Position numbers and translations under genes: made by a program. A stretch of 64,000 nucleotides of DNA from Schizosaccharomyces osmophilus. Taxonomy: Eukaryota. Below, piece after piece: positions 9,946 through 21,155 of the stretch. The notes under the pieces are model-generated. The model was given only the letters and a program-made list of their open reading frames with translations. It did not search any database and was not told where the DNA came from. The DNA lies in assembly GCF_027921745.1 (NCBI RefSeq), contig NC_079238.1, positions 4,278,001 to 4,342,000 of the forward strand, written 5' to 3'. Numbering within the stretch: position 1 is the stretch's first letter; the number at the start of each line of letters is the position of its first letter.

Positions 9946-12222
9946 ATGTCGGACGAACAAGTGGAACCTATAGTTTTAAAGAATTTAGGTAAAGATACAT
10001 TCAATCATGAGGACTCTTTCCGAAGTCTGTTTCCTTCGACAACTTCTATCGAGCAGTTGAAATCGATTCGAGGGAATTTACTGAAGCAATTAAAGCAATC
10101 ACAAGATGATTTGGGATCTCTTAAGAACGGATATAATGAATCCAATAACAACTTACTGGTTCAGAAAAATGATTTCAACATTGCTGCTAAAGAAGTTGTT
10201 GGGAAACTTCAATGTTTACAATTGACAGCTGAAGATACTCAATCATCAATCGTGCAACTTACCTCGGAAATTAAGAGTTTAGATCTTGCCAAAAAGAATC
10301 TTACTTCGTCCATGACTTTACTGAAACGTCTGCAGATGCTTGTGACAGCTTACGAAAAACTGCGGACCCTCAGACAAAACAGGCAGATCGGAGAAGCTAC
10401 TTCGTTAATGCTAGCTACGTTGCAGCTATTACAGTTCTTTAAAAATTACAGAAGTGTTGAAAGGATTGCTTCATTAAGCCAAAGCATCACAGAGTTTCAA
10501 CGATCATTTTATGAACAAGTGTTTGAAAATTTTCAATTACAATTCAAGAAAGCTACTAGCGTACGAGGAGGTTTTAATACTGCTTCAATAGAAACTCTAC
10601 ATGAACTGTGCGGCTTCATTGATGTTAACGGAAAGAATTGTTCAAATGCATTAAAGGATTGGTATTGCCATCATCAGTTGGATGGATTTCTCAAAATATT
10701 TCGGGAAAATGAAGAAGCTGCTTTATTAGAAAATTTCTCGAGAAGATATGACTGGTTTTTTAAATTACTTCAGACTTATGATGATCAACATGCCCATATC
10801 TTTCCACCTCATTGGAGAATGGATTTCCAACTGTGTTTGTACTTTTGCAATGAAACGAAAGCAGATTTATCCAAGATATTGAAAGGAAAGGAAATTTCTT
10901 ATCAAGTATTTTTCACTTCCATTCGTCATACGTTGGATTTCCAAAATGTGTTAAGAAAGCGATTTTCTCGACTTCTTAACGAGAATGGCTTGGAAGAAAG
11001 TTTCAAGCTCCAAACCGTTCATATGTTTGAATCTCTTTCCAACGAATTCAATCCTTACTACAAAGTTTATATCGATCATGAAGCTAAGCAGTTGGAAGCA
11101 CTCTTTAATTCTTTTCCGTCGAAAGCCGAAACCTCATCCGAAGAAACTAACCAAATACTCTCTTCCTCCATGCAACTTTTCCAACTTTATCGCAAGATTA
11201 TGGGTCATTTTCTTCAATTTACTAGAGGCCCACCTCTTATAGGATTAAAAGATCTATTTGGTAATTGGTTAAAGAGATATACCGAAACAGAACTTCTTGC
11301 CGACTTGCATTCACTTTCTTTCTCACAGTATGCAATTCATTTGAATACTGCCGAGTATATTCATCGCACAACATTGGAGCTTGAAAAGCGATTTCGAGAA
11401 GTATGTCATGCGGACTTGGTGGAGCAAATGTCCTTTCAAAAAGTGATCGACAATATGTTACACTCTAAAAGCCTGTTGATAAAGTCCTGCACAAAGAAGT
11501 TTGAAGATTCGATAAAAACCAGTTTAGAACCTTTTGGGAAAATGGATTTTAGGAATTTGGATAGTGTGGGTGATCAGAGTACATATGTATCAAAAGCTAT
11601 TCATCAAATGAAACTGAATGCGGATGAATTTCTGGGAATGATTGAACAGAATACGCTGGCGCGCAATTTTTGTGATCGGGTTTGCGAGTCTTTCACCAGA
11701 CAGTTTTTCTACTATATATACACGATTAAACCAGTATCTGAGATTGGCGCAGAGCAAATTTTGCTTGATTTATGTTCATTCAAGAATTTCTTATTGAAGA
11801 TGCCCAGTAGCAAGCCGGATTATACGATTACCGATAGCTATATCAACCACTTGACAGTTTTCGTGGGATACATCGAAACACTACTTAAAACTTTATTGAC
11901 TCCTTCCCTTCCTAAAGAAGGAATTATTCAGAGCTACCTCTTCTTGATCAAAGACCGCTCGGTGTCAAACTTTACCATAATATTAGACTTAAAAGGAGTA
12001 TCTAAAAGCGAGCAGTCTAGCTATCTTCAGTTATTCTCTTCTTTCGTCACAAAAAAGAACGATCTTATCGATAGTTCTCCCATTTTTCTGTATTTAAGCC
12101 CATCAACCTATACCGATTTGAACTCACGGTCTCGTTTATCACTCGATTTAACACCTGAAGCAAGCAGTCGTACTTTGCAGAATCTTGGACGACTCTTTAC
12201 TTCCAAGAAAAAATATGGTTAA
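9946..12222 (+). CDS. vps53: GARP complex subunit Vps53
   Basis: IKSLDLAKKNLTSSMTLLKRLQMLVTA, VGDQSTYV and GAEQILLD motifs. Confidence 0.95.
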   Translation: MSDEQVEPIVLKNLGKDTFNHEDSFRSLFPSTTSIEQLKSIRGNLLKQLKQSQDDLGSLKNGYNESNNNLLVQKNDFNIAAKEVVGKLQCLQLTAEDTQSSIVQLTSEIKSLDLAKKNLTSSMTLLKRLQMLVTAYEKLRTLRQNRQIGEATSLMLATLQLLQFFKNYRSVERIASLSQSITEFQRSFYEQVFENFQLQFKKATSVRGGFNTASIETLHELCGFIDVNGKNCSNALKDWYCHHQLDGFLKIFRENEEAALLENFSRRYDWFFKLLQTYDDQHAHIFPPHWRMDFQLCLYFCNETKADLSKILKGKEISYQVFFTSIRHTLDFQNVLRKRFSRLLNENGLEESFKLQTVHMFESLSNEFNPYYKVYIDHEAKQLEALFNSFPSKAETSSEETNQILSSSMQLFQLYRKIMGHFLQFTRGPPLIGLKDLFGNWLKRYTETELLADLHSLSFSQYAIHLNTAEYIHRTTLELEKRFREVCHADLVEQMSFQKVIDNMLHSKSLLIKSCTKKFEDSIKTSLEPFGKMDFRNLDSVGDQSTYVSKAIHQMKLNADEFLGMIEQNTLARNFCDRVCESFTRQFFYYIYTIKPVSEIGAEQILLDLCSFKNFLLKMPSSKPDYTITDSYINHLTVFVGYIETLLKTLLTPSLPKEGIIQSYLFLIKDRSVSNFTIILDLKGVSKSEQSSYLQLFSSFVTKKNDLIDSSPIFLYLSPSTYTDLNSRSRLSLDLTPEASSRTLQNLGRLFTSKKKYG

Positions 12223-12409
12223 TTTTTCTTGGCTATCTACTGTCTCTTTTCCATAGTTAAGTCTTTCATGTTTTTATGTTAATGTTTTGATGGGAAGTTT
12301 TTCGATAAAATTTGCTTAAGCTTTAGTATGCTCCTGTTTTTTTCAAACAATTTTAAAAAAACTTGCAATTTTTGCAAAATAATAAAAAATTGCAATTCAT
12401 CAAAAAGTT

Positions 12410-12481
12410 GGGCTGTTCTGGGAATCGAACCCAGGACCACCATCACCCTAAGATGGTATCATACCACTAGACCAAACGGCC
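12410..12481 (-). tRNA. tRNA-Pro(AGG)
   Basis: Reverse complement GGCCGTTTGGTCTAGTGGTATGATACCATCTTAGGGTGATGGTGGTCCTGGGTTCGATTCCCAGAACAGCCC folds as a cloverleaf with an AGG anticodon. Confidence 0.95.
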
Positions 12482-13369
12482 ACTTCGTGATTTAAGAGTA
12501 AGCCATACATAAATAATAATATTAATAGACATCCTTTTAAATGCAGAGACAATGTCATCTTAAAAGAAGCTGGCTTCGCAGATGAATAGCGAAAATCCGC
12601 AAAAAAAAAAAGAAAACTAGACTACTGGGTCTTTCTGCGCCTGTTCAAGTAAGGCTATAACTGGACGAAGATAGACTAAAAGGGTAATATATATCACTAC
12701 AAGACACAATTTGAATGGCTAACCTATTTGTAGCTATAGCTAAAAGTTGAAAACAGGAAAGGAACCCTTACAAGGGTTAATTGGCAAAGGTTTGATTTTA
12801 ATAAAAAAAGAAAGAAGCAATATAAGTGGGCTACGACGGTTGGTACACTCAGTATTAACATTAGCCAAAAGCTATATCTAGCTTGACAGACTTCAAAAAC
12901 GTTTCAGAAGGTTATTTTTATTAAACATGGTAATGCCTAATGTGAAAGTAAGTAAATTACATGTCAGCGGAAAGGTAGATAGGGTAAAAGAAGAAGACGG
13001 TAAGCCAGAATGAGCCTTCATTTCCAGAACATAATAACGCAAAACTCGATTATATCTTTCGGAATTTTTTTAATTGAACATGAAGACACAATTTTGGGTA
13101 TATCCAACGACAGAGCAATGGGACAGTGGAAACTATTATCTAATTTTTCATCTCGAAGACAAAGAATCGTAACCAGCGAAGACGTAAAGTGTTGTGTAGT
13201 TAGCGGGTAAACCATTGCTAGTCAAGATATCGCTGCAAGCGAAAGAGAAAGAAGGGAAAAGAAGGCAAATTAAAAAGCCAAATAATCAAAATGCAGAATT
13301 AGGTAAAATTGAAAGAAATTTTCGTCTATCATGGTAATCAATGAAGCGATAAAAAAAACATTCCCATGA

Positions 13370-13976
13370 TTAAATAGCAGCACCAGCAGGAGCGGAAGAA
13401 GACGAGGAAGCGGGTTCCGGGAGGACTGGAGCAACGGGGCGATTTGCCTCTGCTTGCATACGATTCAAAGCAATACCCAAACCTTCAAAAACGGCCAAAA
13501 TACAAGCACATCCAATAGCACCGTTACGGGTGGCTCTCCAGCCACCTCGAATAGCCAAAGCACCACCAGTGAAAAAACCGGCAATAATGGCATTGTAAGG
13601 ATCTTCCTTCCTACGGACTCCCTTCACGGCACAATCAAACGTACTGAATAAACCACCCCAAACACCGAAGTTACCACCCAATACAGGTGCTCTAGTTTTA
13701 GCAGCTGTGATAGCAGAAATGCGCTTTTCTCCCTAAAAAACGAAAATGAATTAGCTTTTTGAACACAAAAATTATTTCATAAGCATGAAGCGTTCTCGCC
13801 AACATGCAACCAACGCGTAAAAAAAATACGCTGGGAATTCATACCGCTGGACTATTTCTCCATCCTTTAATAGAGTGCCAAATAGCACCACCAATAGTAC
13901 CCATGGAAAAGGCAGCACCAAAGTCGTTTAAAACAACATAAGGGCAGGGATCTCTAGTATGATCAGCGCTCGCCAT
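13370..13976 (-). CDS. tim17: TIM23 translocase subunit Tim17; exons 13976-13845, 13732-13370
   Basis: [52 protein letters not shown]; intron 13844-13733. Confidence 0.97.
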
Positions 13977-14520
13977 TTTGCAATTTTTGTCTTCAGTTCC
14001 AAGGAATTATTTCTAAGGGAAACAGGTCTACGACACCAAAAAAATACGACGCCTACTAAACAGAATGCGGAAACGGATTGGTCTCTGACCTTTTTTGTTG
14101 TCTGCTAAGGGCAGGTGTTAAATCGGAACGGTTTGTCCTTTCTAGATAATGAGGTACAACGCCGACGTTGACTGGATATATCGAATGCATTGCAACACAC
14201 TATGTTGTAAACAAAAGAAAAAGATGAATAGGTGGAAAGTAAGAAAATGGATAGTTTTCTAAAGAAGAATTCAGATTCCAATTATGGAGCGGAATGCTGG
14301 AAGGAGTGAAGTCTAATAAACCAGGATTTGAAAAGTGAAACATATTGATTTTTAGTGTACAGTACTTGATCTTCTTTTATAGACTAGATTGACAAAAAGA
14401 GTCGAAACCCAAAAATGCTGTGAACGAATGCATTGACCAAACAGAAAATATAGAAAACAGGAAGAAATTGGAAGACAAAAAGCACAGAAAGGAGACAGTC
14501 AACTTTGGAGGTTTAGGAAT

Positions 14521-15711
14521 TTAAGGGTTAACAAAATCCAGAGAAGTGGGAAGAGATGCATCCAAATTTCTCTTTTTGAGAAATTCGGAATTGTAAAGTT
14601 TGGAAAAATGGCGATTTCCAGGATCACAGAGAAGAGTGACAATACGATGACCGGGACCAAGTTGTTTGGCAAGACGTACTGCAGCGACGCAGTTTATAGC
14701 AGAAGAACTACCAACAAAAAGCCCGTCATTAACAATCAAGTATCGCGACATAGCAACCGCTTGTCCGTCTGAGACCCGATACGCATAATCGATGTGAGGT
14801 TTGGCAATAGAAAAGTTGCGGGTCATGCGATTAATACCGACGCCTTCAACAATGGTGTCAATTTGGTGACGACGGCGAGTTCCCTCCCGTTCTGCCAAGT
14901 CAAACATAACGCCGTGAAGGACTTTGTGATAAAGACCGCTTCCCGGGGGATCAGCCAGACAGATTTTTATGGAAGGCGATTCGGATTTTAGGTACTTTGC
15001 GATACCACCCATAGTTCCTCCTGTGCCAGAGCCAGCCACAAATGCATCCAATTTTCCTCCACATTGACGCCAGATTTCTGGGCCGGTGGTTTTATAGTGT
15101 GCTTGCCAGTTTGCAGGGTTTTCAAACTGGTTGGAAAAGTAGCCTTTTCCGGGAATAGAATTGTCCTTTGTGTGTTGAAGAGCATGGTCGTGTGCAGCGT
15201 TCACGAAATGATTACGGTCGACGATAGGAGCTGGGGGAACACGCTGAACATGGGCACCCAGCAACTCCAAGACGTCACTTTTTTCCTTGGATTGATCGCT
15301 TGGCATAAAGATGTGGCATTTGTATCCAAGAGAACAACAAAGCATAGCGAGAGAGATCCCCGTGGATCCAGCGGTTCCTTCATAGACAACGTCGTTTTCG
15401 TGGGGAGTGAGTTCACCCTTGTCCTGGGCACTTAACATCATTTCAAGGGCGACACGATCCTTGGGAGAGTTTCCTGGGTTGAGGAATTCGGCCTTGGCTA
15501 AGATTTCGCAACCGGTTGCTTCGGACAGGGACTTGATTTTCACGAGTTTGGTATTTCCAATAAGTCCTTCCACGCCCTCAACAATATCCTCCTTTAAATT
15601 CGTTTCTTGTGACCTGAATGAAGTTTTGGATGCTATCCATTTTTGAAAAAGATAGCAAATTACGGCGCCAGCAAGGACGCCGCCCACAATGTCTTGATGT
15701 CGTCTTGCCAT
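14521..15711 (-). CDS. cys12: Cysteine synthase-like PLP enzyme with N-terminal membrane anchor
   Basis: IGNTKLV, KAEFLNPGNSPKDR (PLP lysine), EGTAGSTG and GSGTGGT motifs. Confidence 0.92.
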   Translation of the reverse strand: MARRHQDIVGGVLAGAVICYLFQKWIASKTSFRSQETNLKEDIVEGVEGLIGNTKLVKIKSLSEATGCEILAKAEFLNPGNSPKDRVALEMMLSAQDKGELTPHENDVVYEGTAGSTGISLAMLCCSLGYKCHIFMPSDQSKEKSDVLELLGAHVQRVPPAPIVDRNHFVNAAHDHALQHTKDNSIPGKGYFSNQFENPANWQAHYKTTGPEIWRQCGGKLDAFVAGSGTGGTMGGIAKYLKSESPSIKICLADPPGSGLYHKVLHGVMFDLAEREGTRRRHQIDTIVEGVGINRMTRNFSIAKPHIDYAYRVSDGQAVAMSRYLIVNDGLFVGSSSAINCVAAVRLAKQLGPGHRIVTLLCDPGNRHFSKLYNSEFLKKRNLDASLPTSLDFVNP

Positions 15712-16295
15712 GAGAAACGTGGGAATTTCAGTACAAAAAACTAAAGGAAATTAAAAGAAAAAAAAAAGAAAAGAAAACAATGATAATTGGAAAGATAGTA
15801 TAGTAAACGTTAATTCACTTCCAAAAATCAAAAAAACCTATTTCCAAGGACTAACCAATGTGTAGAGAAGAAAAAAAAGAAAACAAGATAGCTCCTAGGA
15901 ATGTTTATCAAACGAATTACAATGCCAACGGTGTTGTTAAAAAAGCCCGCTCTCTTTCCTCTATAGTGTATGCATGAGCTAGATGTAGGAAGGGTGGAAG
16001 TTGACCATTCTATGACGAGGTCAACTTTCGCGAGAATGGGTTTGTAGAGCAAATTTCTGATTTCATTGAACTGGATTCAAAGAGGTTCAACTTTTTTTTC
16101 TCGTTTTCATGGCACTTTGTTTACAGTCAGAGGAGAATGTACCAACTGGCAATTGAAAGAGTTGCAAACAAGAAATCCTCGTTTCCTATGGGTAATTGAA
16201 CGAAGAAAAATGATTTTTAAAAGACGACAGATCCAATTCCGCCCTTTTCGTATTTTTTATTTCGTTTTCAAGTGATAAAAATAGGAAAAGAATTT

Positions 16296-16366
16296 TGCAT
16301 CAGCCGGGAGTCGAACCCGGAGCGAATGCTTGGAAGGCATCCATGTTACCGCTACACCACTGATGC
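16296..16366 (-). tRNA. tRNA-Gly(TCC)
   Basis: Reverse complement GCATCAGTGGTGTAGCGGTAACATGGATGCCTTCCAAGCATTCGCTCCGGGTTCGACTCCCGGCTGATGCA, TCC anticodon. Confidence 0.96.
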
Positions 16367-17001
16367 TGGATGAAAGTACTAGTGAAAAAGAAGAATATAT
16401 ACATCTTTACGTTTCAAATACAACCATTCTAACACATTTAGAAACGTCATTCGCTTTGGTTTTCGTTTTCATTCCATTTGCCTGGGTTACTTCTTTAGAC
16501 GGCTGGCTCGTACATTGGAAATGCATTTGTCTTGGGCTGCGACCCATGGACGTTGGAGGTAGCGAAAGGTTAAAACCTGTGGAACCGATCCAACGTCCGA
16601 AAGTTTCAAGTTTGAAGTTTGTCATTCGCGGGGCCCTTGTTCGTTCTTGATATTCATGAATCGAGGTTCTTTCGAAATTGTTGCTCCAGCGCTCTTCTCT
16701 GTCTGTGGTGTCTGCTCTTGTCTGGTGGTGTCTTTGGTTGCTGGTGTTGGGCGCTGCAAGCAAAACGAGAGAGCAAGCTCGAATTCAGTCAATTCCCAAA
16801 CTCATAGAGGACAATCGTCGGTCGATGATCATTGAATGTAAGCTCCCATTTCGGGCGATGAACATTTCGCACGAAGAAAAACCCTTCCATAGATCGCTTC
16901 AGATGATATGCCATATCCAATGAATTCCAATACTAGCGCTGTTGCTAAAGAAAATCATCAGCAACAGCCTCATCTCATTCCGTTTCCTCTCGTTTCGTCC
17001 G

Positions 17002-17039
17002 TTCCAATTCCAATTCCAATTCCAACTTCAACTTCAATT
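17002..17039 (+). repeat. Hexamer microsatellite (TTCCAA)n/(CTTCAA)n upstream of zwf1
   Basis: ttccaattccaattccaattccaacttcaacttcaatt is seen directly. Confidence 0.8.
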
Positions 17040-17520
17040 GCTTCGCTTGGCATTGGTTGCTTTGTGGACCATGGCAAATATCGACAGACATATGCGTCCA
17101 AATCTCGTAGTTTCAGGACCCAACAATTCCTCATTTTGCGTTACATCTCTCATCTAGTTAGCCAGCCATTTGTGAATTCTTTTCCAGTCCATTTTCTCTG
17201 CTTTTTTTTCTCTGTTTTTTTCTTCTTCCCTTCCTGCTTCTGCTATGTCTGGGTCCCTCGTTATACAAATATTACTAAAAAATCTCAGTAGAAGGGTCCT
17301 TCAGTATCACGATAGCGAGAACGGATTTGTCATCGGATCACTTGCGTCATAGTGCCCTACCAATGGATCGACACTTGACGAATGTTTCGAAGGATCTCTC
17401 TTCAGTATATTAATAGTCGAATTCATCGGACTGTTGGACTTACCATCTGCCACTGAGTAAGTTCATTAAAACACTCATTCCTTTTCCTTGTAAATCTTTT
17501 TTATTAGGATTTTTGTAAAA

Positions 17521-19310
17521 ATGAGCTCCCCTATACAGTAAGGATGCTTTCTTTTTGTTGCTGGACGCGCTTTTACTAATGCGATCGTTTTGTAGGCCTA
17601 TCAAGGAGAATGCTTCTATGGTCGTTTTTGGTGCCTCTGGTGATTTGGCCAAGAAGAAAACGGTATGTGGATTGATTTTGCGAGAAGCGTGCTACTCAGC
17701 GTGGTGCCAAGCCTTTTATCCTTTTTCTCCTTTTCTGTGGGGTTTCACTGCTATGAGTGTCTTTTTACATCCTCTTCGCTCCTACAAATACAGGTGTCTC
17801 CTAAGCTATCCTCTCTCGTTGGTTACAGCCGCTTCTGCAACATCTGTGGATCGATATTTCCCCTTTATCACCTACTAACTCTCTCCAACAGTTCCCTGCT
17901 CTCTTCTCCCTTTTTAAAGATGGCCGTCTTTCCTCAGACCTCGTCATCGTAGGTTATGCACGCTCCAAAATCGAACCTAATGACTTTATTGAACGTATCA
18001 CCCAGTTCATCAAGATTGACGATAATGACTCGGAAACCAAACAAAAGTTGGAACAATTCAAGAAAATGTGTACCTACTACCGTGGCTCTTATGATGGTGT
18101 TGATTCTTTCCAAGGCCTCAACAATCATCTTTTAGAGCGCGAAGGCGATCGCGAGGAGCGCAACCGCGTCTTCTACCTCGCTCTTCCTCCCGATGTCTTC
18201 GTCTCCGTTTCCACCCAACTGAAGCAGCAATGCTATCCTCAAAAAGGCGCTGCCCGCCTCATCATCGAAAAGCCCTTTGGTTTCGACCTCGACTCTGCTC
18301 GTGATCTCCAATCCAAGCTGAATCCTCTTTTCGACGAAAACGAGATTTACCGTATCGATCACTACCTCGGCAAAGAAATGGTCCAAAACCTTACTCATCT
18401 CCGTTTCTGCAACCCCGTTATCTCTCACTTGTGGAACAAGGAATCCATTTCCAACGTTCAAATCACTTTCAAGGAGCCCATCGGCACTGAAGGCCGTGGT
18501 GGTTACTTTGACACTAGCACCATCGTTCGTGACATCGTTCAAAATCATCTTGTTCAAGTTTTGTCCTTGATCGCCATGGAACCTCCTACCTCCCTTGCTG
18601 CTGGTGATTTGCGTGATGCCAAGGTTCAAGCTTTGCGTCGCACCCGCCTTGGTGACCTTAAAGACGTCGTTTTCGGCCAATACGTCAAAAGCAAGGATGG
18701 TAAGCGTCCTGGCTACTTGGATGATGACACTGTCCCCGAGGGTAGTAAATGTCCCACCTATTCGGCCATTCCCTTCTTCGTTGACAATGACCGTTGGGAT
18801 GGTGTCCCCTTCCTCTTGAAGGCCGGTAAGGCCATGGACGTTGGTAAGGTCGAAGTCCGTGTTCAATTCAAGCCTGTTGCCAATGGATTGTTCAAGGATG
18901 CCCACCGTAACGAATTAGTCATTCGTATCCAACCCAACGAGGCCGTTTACTTCAAGTTGGACATCAAGCAACCTGGTATCAGCTCCAAGCCTTTACTCAC
19001 CGACTTGGATTTGACATACAAGAACCGCTTCACCAATATGAAGTTGCACGAGGCATACGAAGCCTTGTTCTTTGACGCTTTCGCCGGTGACCAATCTCGT
19101 TTTGCTCGTATCGACGAACTTGAATGTGCTTGGTCTTTGGTTGGTCCTCTTTTGGAATACATGGAGAAAGAGAAGCCTCAGCCCGCTCCTTACGAGTATG
19201 GCTCTAACGGTCCCGAGCTTTTGGGTAACTTTTTGCAAAAGTTCGGTTACGTTTATGATATTCCTGATTACTATGAATATCCTGTGACAAATTTGCCTGA
19301 CGATAAATAA
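17521..19310 (+). CDS. zwf1: Glucose-6-phosphate 1-dehydrogenase; exons 17521-17537, 17596-17662, 17892-19310 (500 aa)
   Basis: VVFGASGDLAKKKTFPAL, IEKPFG, YRIDHYLGKEMVQN and EGRGGYFD motifs; introns 17538-17595 and 17663-17891. Confidence 0.97.
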
Positions 19311-19716
19311 TGCGCTTTATCAGATTTCTCCAATCTGTATTTCTTTGTAAATGTTTTCTAAATTGCGTCTGATTTTCTTTTCTGGACAAAATTCAACCCG
19401 TTTTGGTCTATATATACGCTTTCGTTGTTATAAATTTTGTATACGAATATTGTGGTCATCAGTACCCATTGAGTGATTTAGTAGTTAGAAGGGCCTGTTT
19501 CTTTTTGTTTCATATTTTGTCATGAAATTTCTTTACTTTAAGCTAAAGTATCCATCGCTGTAGTTTTCAACAAAACTGCTTATAATATAATGAAAAATAC
19601 AGTTATTCAAACTTCAAACAGCCTAGAAACCAAAAAGGTAGTAGTCATCGAGGATTGGAGTTGTAGGAACGGTTAAAGTAAGTACGTAAGTAAAGTAAGA
19701 TTCACATGTACTCTAT

Positions 19717-20469
19717 TTATATTTCATAAATCATGTCGTACCAGGTATCACCTCCGAATTTGCAAGCACTTTCACCCATCAGCTTGAAACCGACTTCCTC
19801 GTAGAGAGGGATCAAGGGCTTATGGGCCAGCAAAGTCATGTTCCTAGGTTTGGGACTAAGAGTCTTTCCACTACGGAACTGTAATTCCTTGATCAACTGC
19901 TTGGCGTAACCTCGATTACGATGAGCAGGATGAATAGAAAGGGAGTGGATCGCGATGTTGTTTCCCGTGGGCTTATGCTTGGACATCGATTCTACAGTGA
20001 CACTTTCTGAAGATGTTCTGGTTGCCATTAAGTGTCCTATTAAGGTGGTAGTATGTTCGGTAGGAGCAAAAAGGCCCAGCTGTAGCTCAGGTGCTTGTGA
20101 AACCCTGTAAGAAATCTATTAAACAATGTCAGTACGGAAGAATGCCTTTCGAAACGAGCAAGAAGAAATATCAATTTGCCTAATAAAAAAAGGAATAATT
20201 CTTTAAACTCTGCACCAAGCGGTTACTGTATTTTGTTCTGCTTTCCCTATTTCAAGCATGAGACTTCGAATGCTCCCATAAACGAAAAACATCTTTTCTC
20301 TTTCATATTCATAAAATATAAAAGGAACTGAGCATTGTATTATCTTCTTCTCCTATCTGCTTTTACATACGGTCTTTAGAGATGCACGCTCATTTTCTGG
20401 AAAACACAAGTCCTCTAGATGAGCTACCTGCTTTACTTCAGACTTTTCAATGTTTCTAATGTTTACCAT
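19717..20469 (-). CDS. GNAT-family polyamine/arylalkylamine N-acetyltransferase (Paa1-like); exons 20469-20371, 20115-19717
   Basis: [29 protein letters not shown] (acetyl-CoA motif A), [19 protein letters not shown]; intron 20370-20116. Confidence 0.88.
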
Positions 20470-21155
20470 CTTGAATTACAAATAGACCTGAGTGGATACA
20501 AAGCTGCAAAATCCTCTGTCTAAGTCGCTCTGGAAAGAAGTGTATTTACGCTATGTTCAATTGTGTTCCACTTACCGGAACATCACTCGCTTTCCCTAAT
20601 AAGAGTTTTCTCGAGCATTACATACGAGTTAACTTGAGTATAAATAATAGTCAAATGAACTTCAAAAGCTTGTAAAGACCTTTCCTCTGCCTTTCTTCCT
20701 AGATCAAATCTTTAAAAGTGCCGTAGATGTTTTTATGTTTAAGTTCCTTTTCATCTATTAAGTGACTAAAACAAGTGCTTCTTTATTAGTAAGACATTCC
20801 ATTTAAGAGAAAAATCGTTCATCTTTTGAGCGCTGCTTTGAATGTTTCTACAAAACAACCAACTCCCAGCCATGGAATTGGTTTTGTAGCTACTGATAAC
20901 TATTCATTATAAAAACCAATCTATTCATTATTTACAAAACCGAAAAGATGTTATCCTCATTATAAATAAATTCCCTTAACTATTCTATTACAGCCAAGAC
21001 AAAAGTCATTAGCCTAATCCAAATCCTTTCAGCTTTCACTCTGGATTCATCCAACAGAAAGCACTCATTAAAATCCTTCATATATAAAGAATTGCAAAGA
21101 TAATAACCTTTGGGTCAGCGAATTCTCCGAACCAAAGTCAATAAGCGTTAAATAT

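Noticed and set aside
16330..17291. Cluster of 60-127 aa ORFs on both strands upstream of zwf1
   Set aside because: They overlap in several frames, include microsatellite-derived sequence and part of a tRNA, and show no motifs. More likely promoter or leader DNA.
17663..17891. Intronic snoRNA in zwf1 intron 2
   Set aside because: Some pairing potential, but no convincing C/D boxes or H box/ACA arrangement.
18132..18905. 257-aa antisense ORF opposite zwf1 (also 2677-3057 opposite rpl20)
   Set aside because: Same codon-bias artefact.
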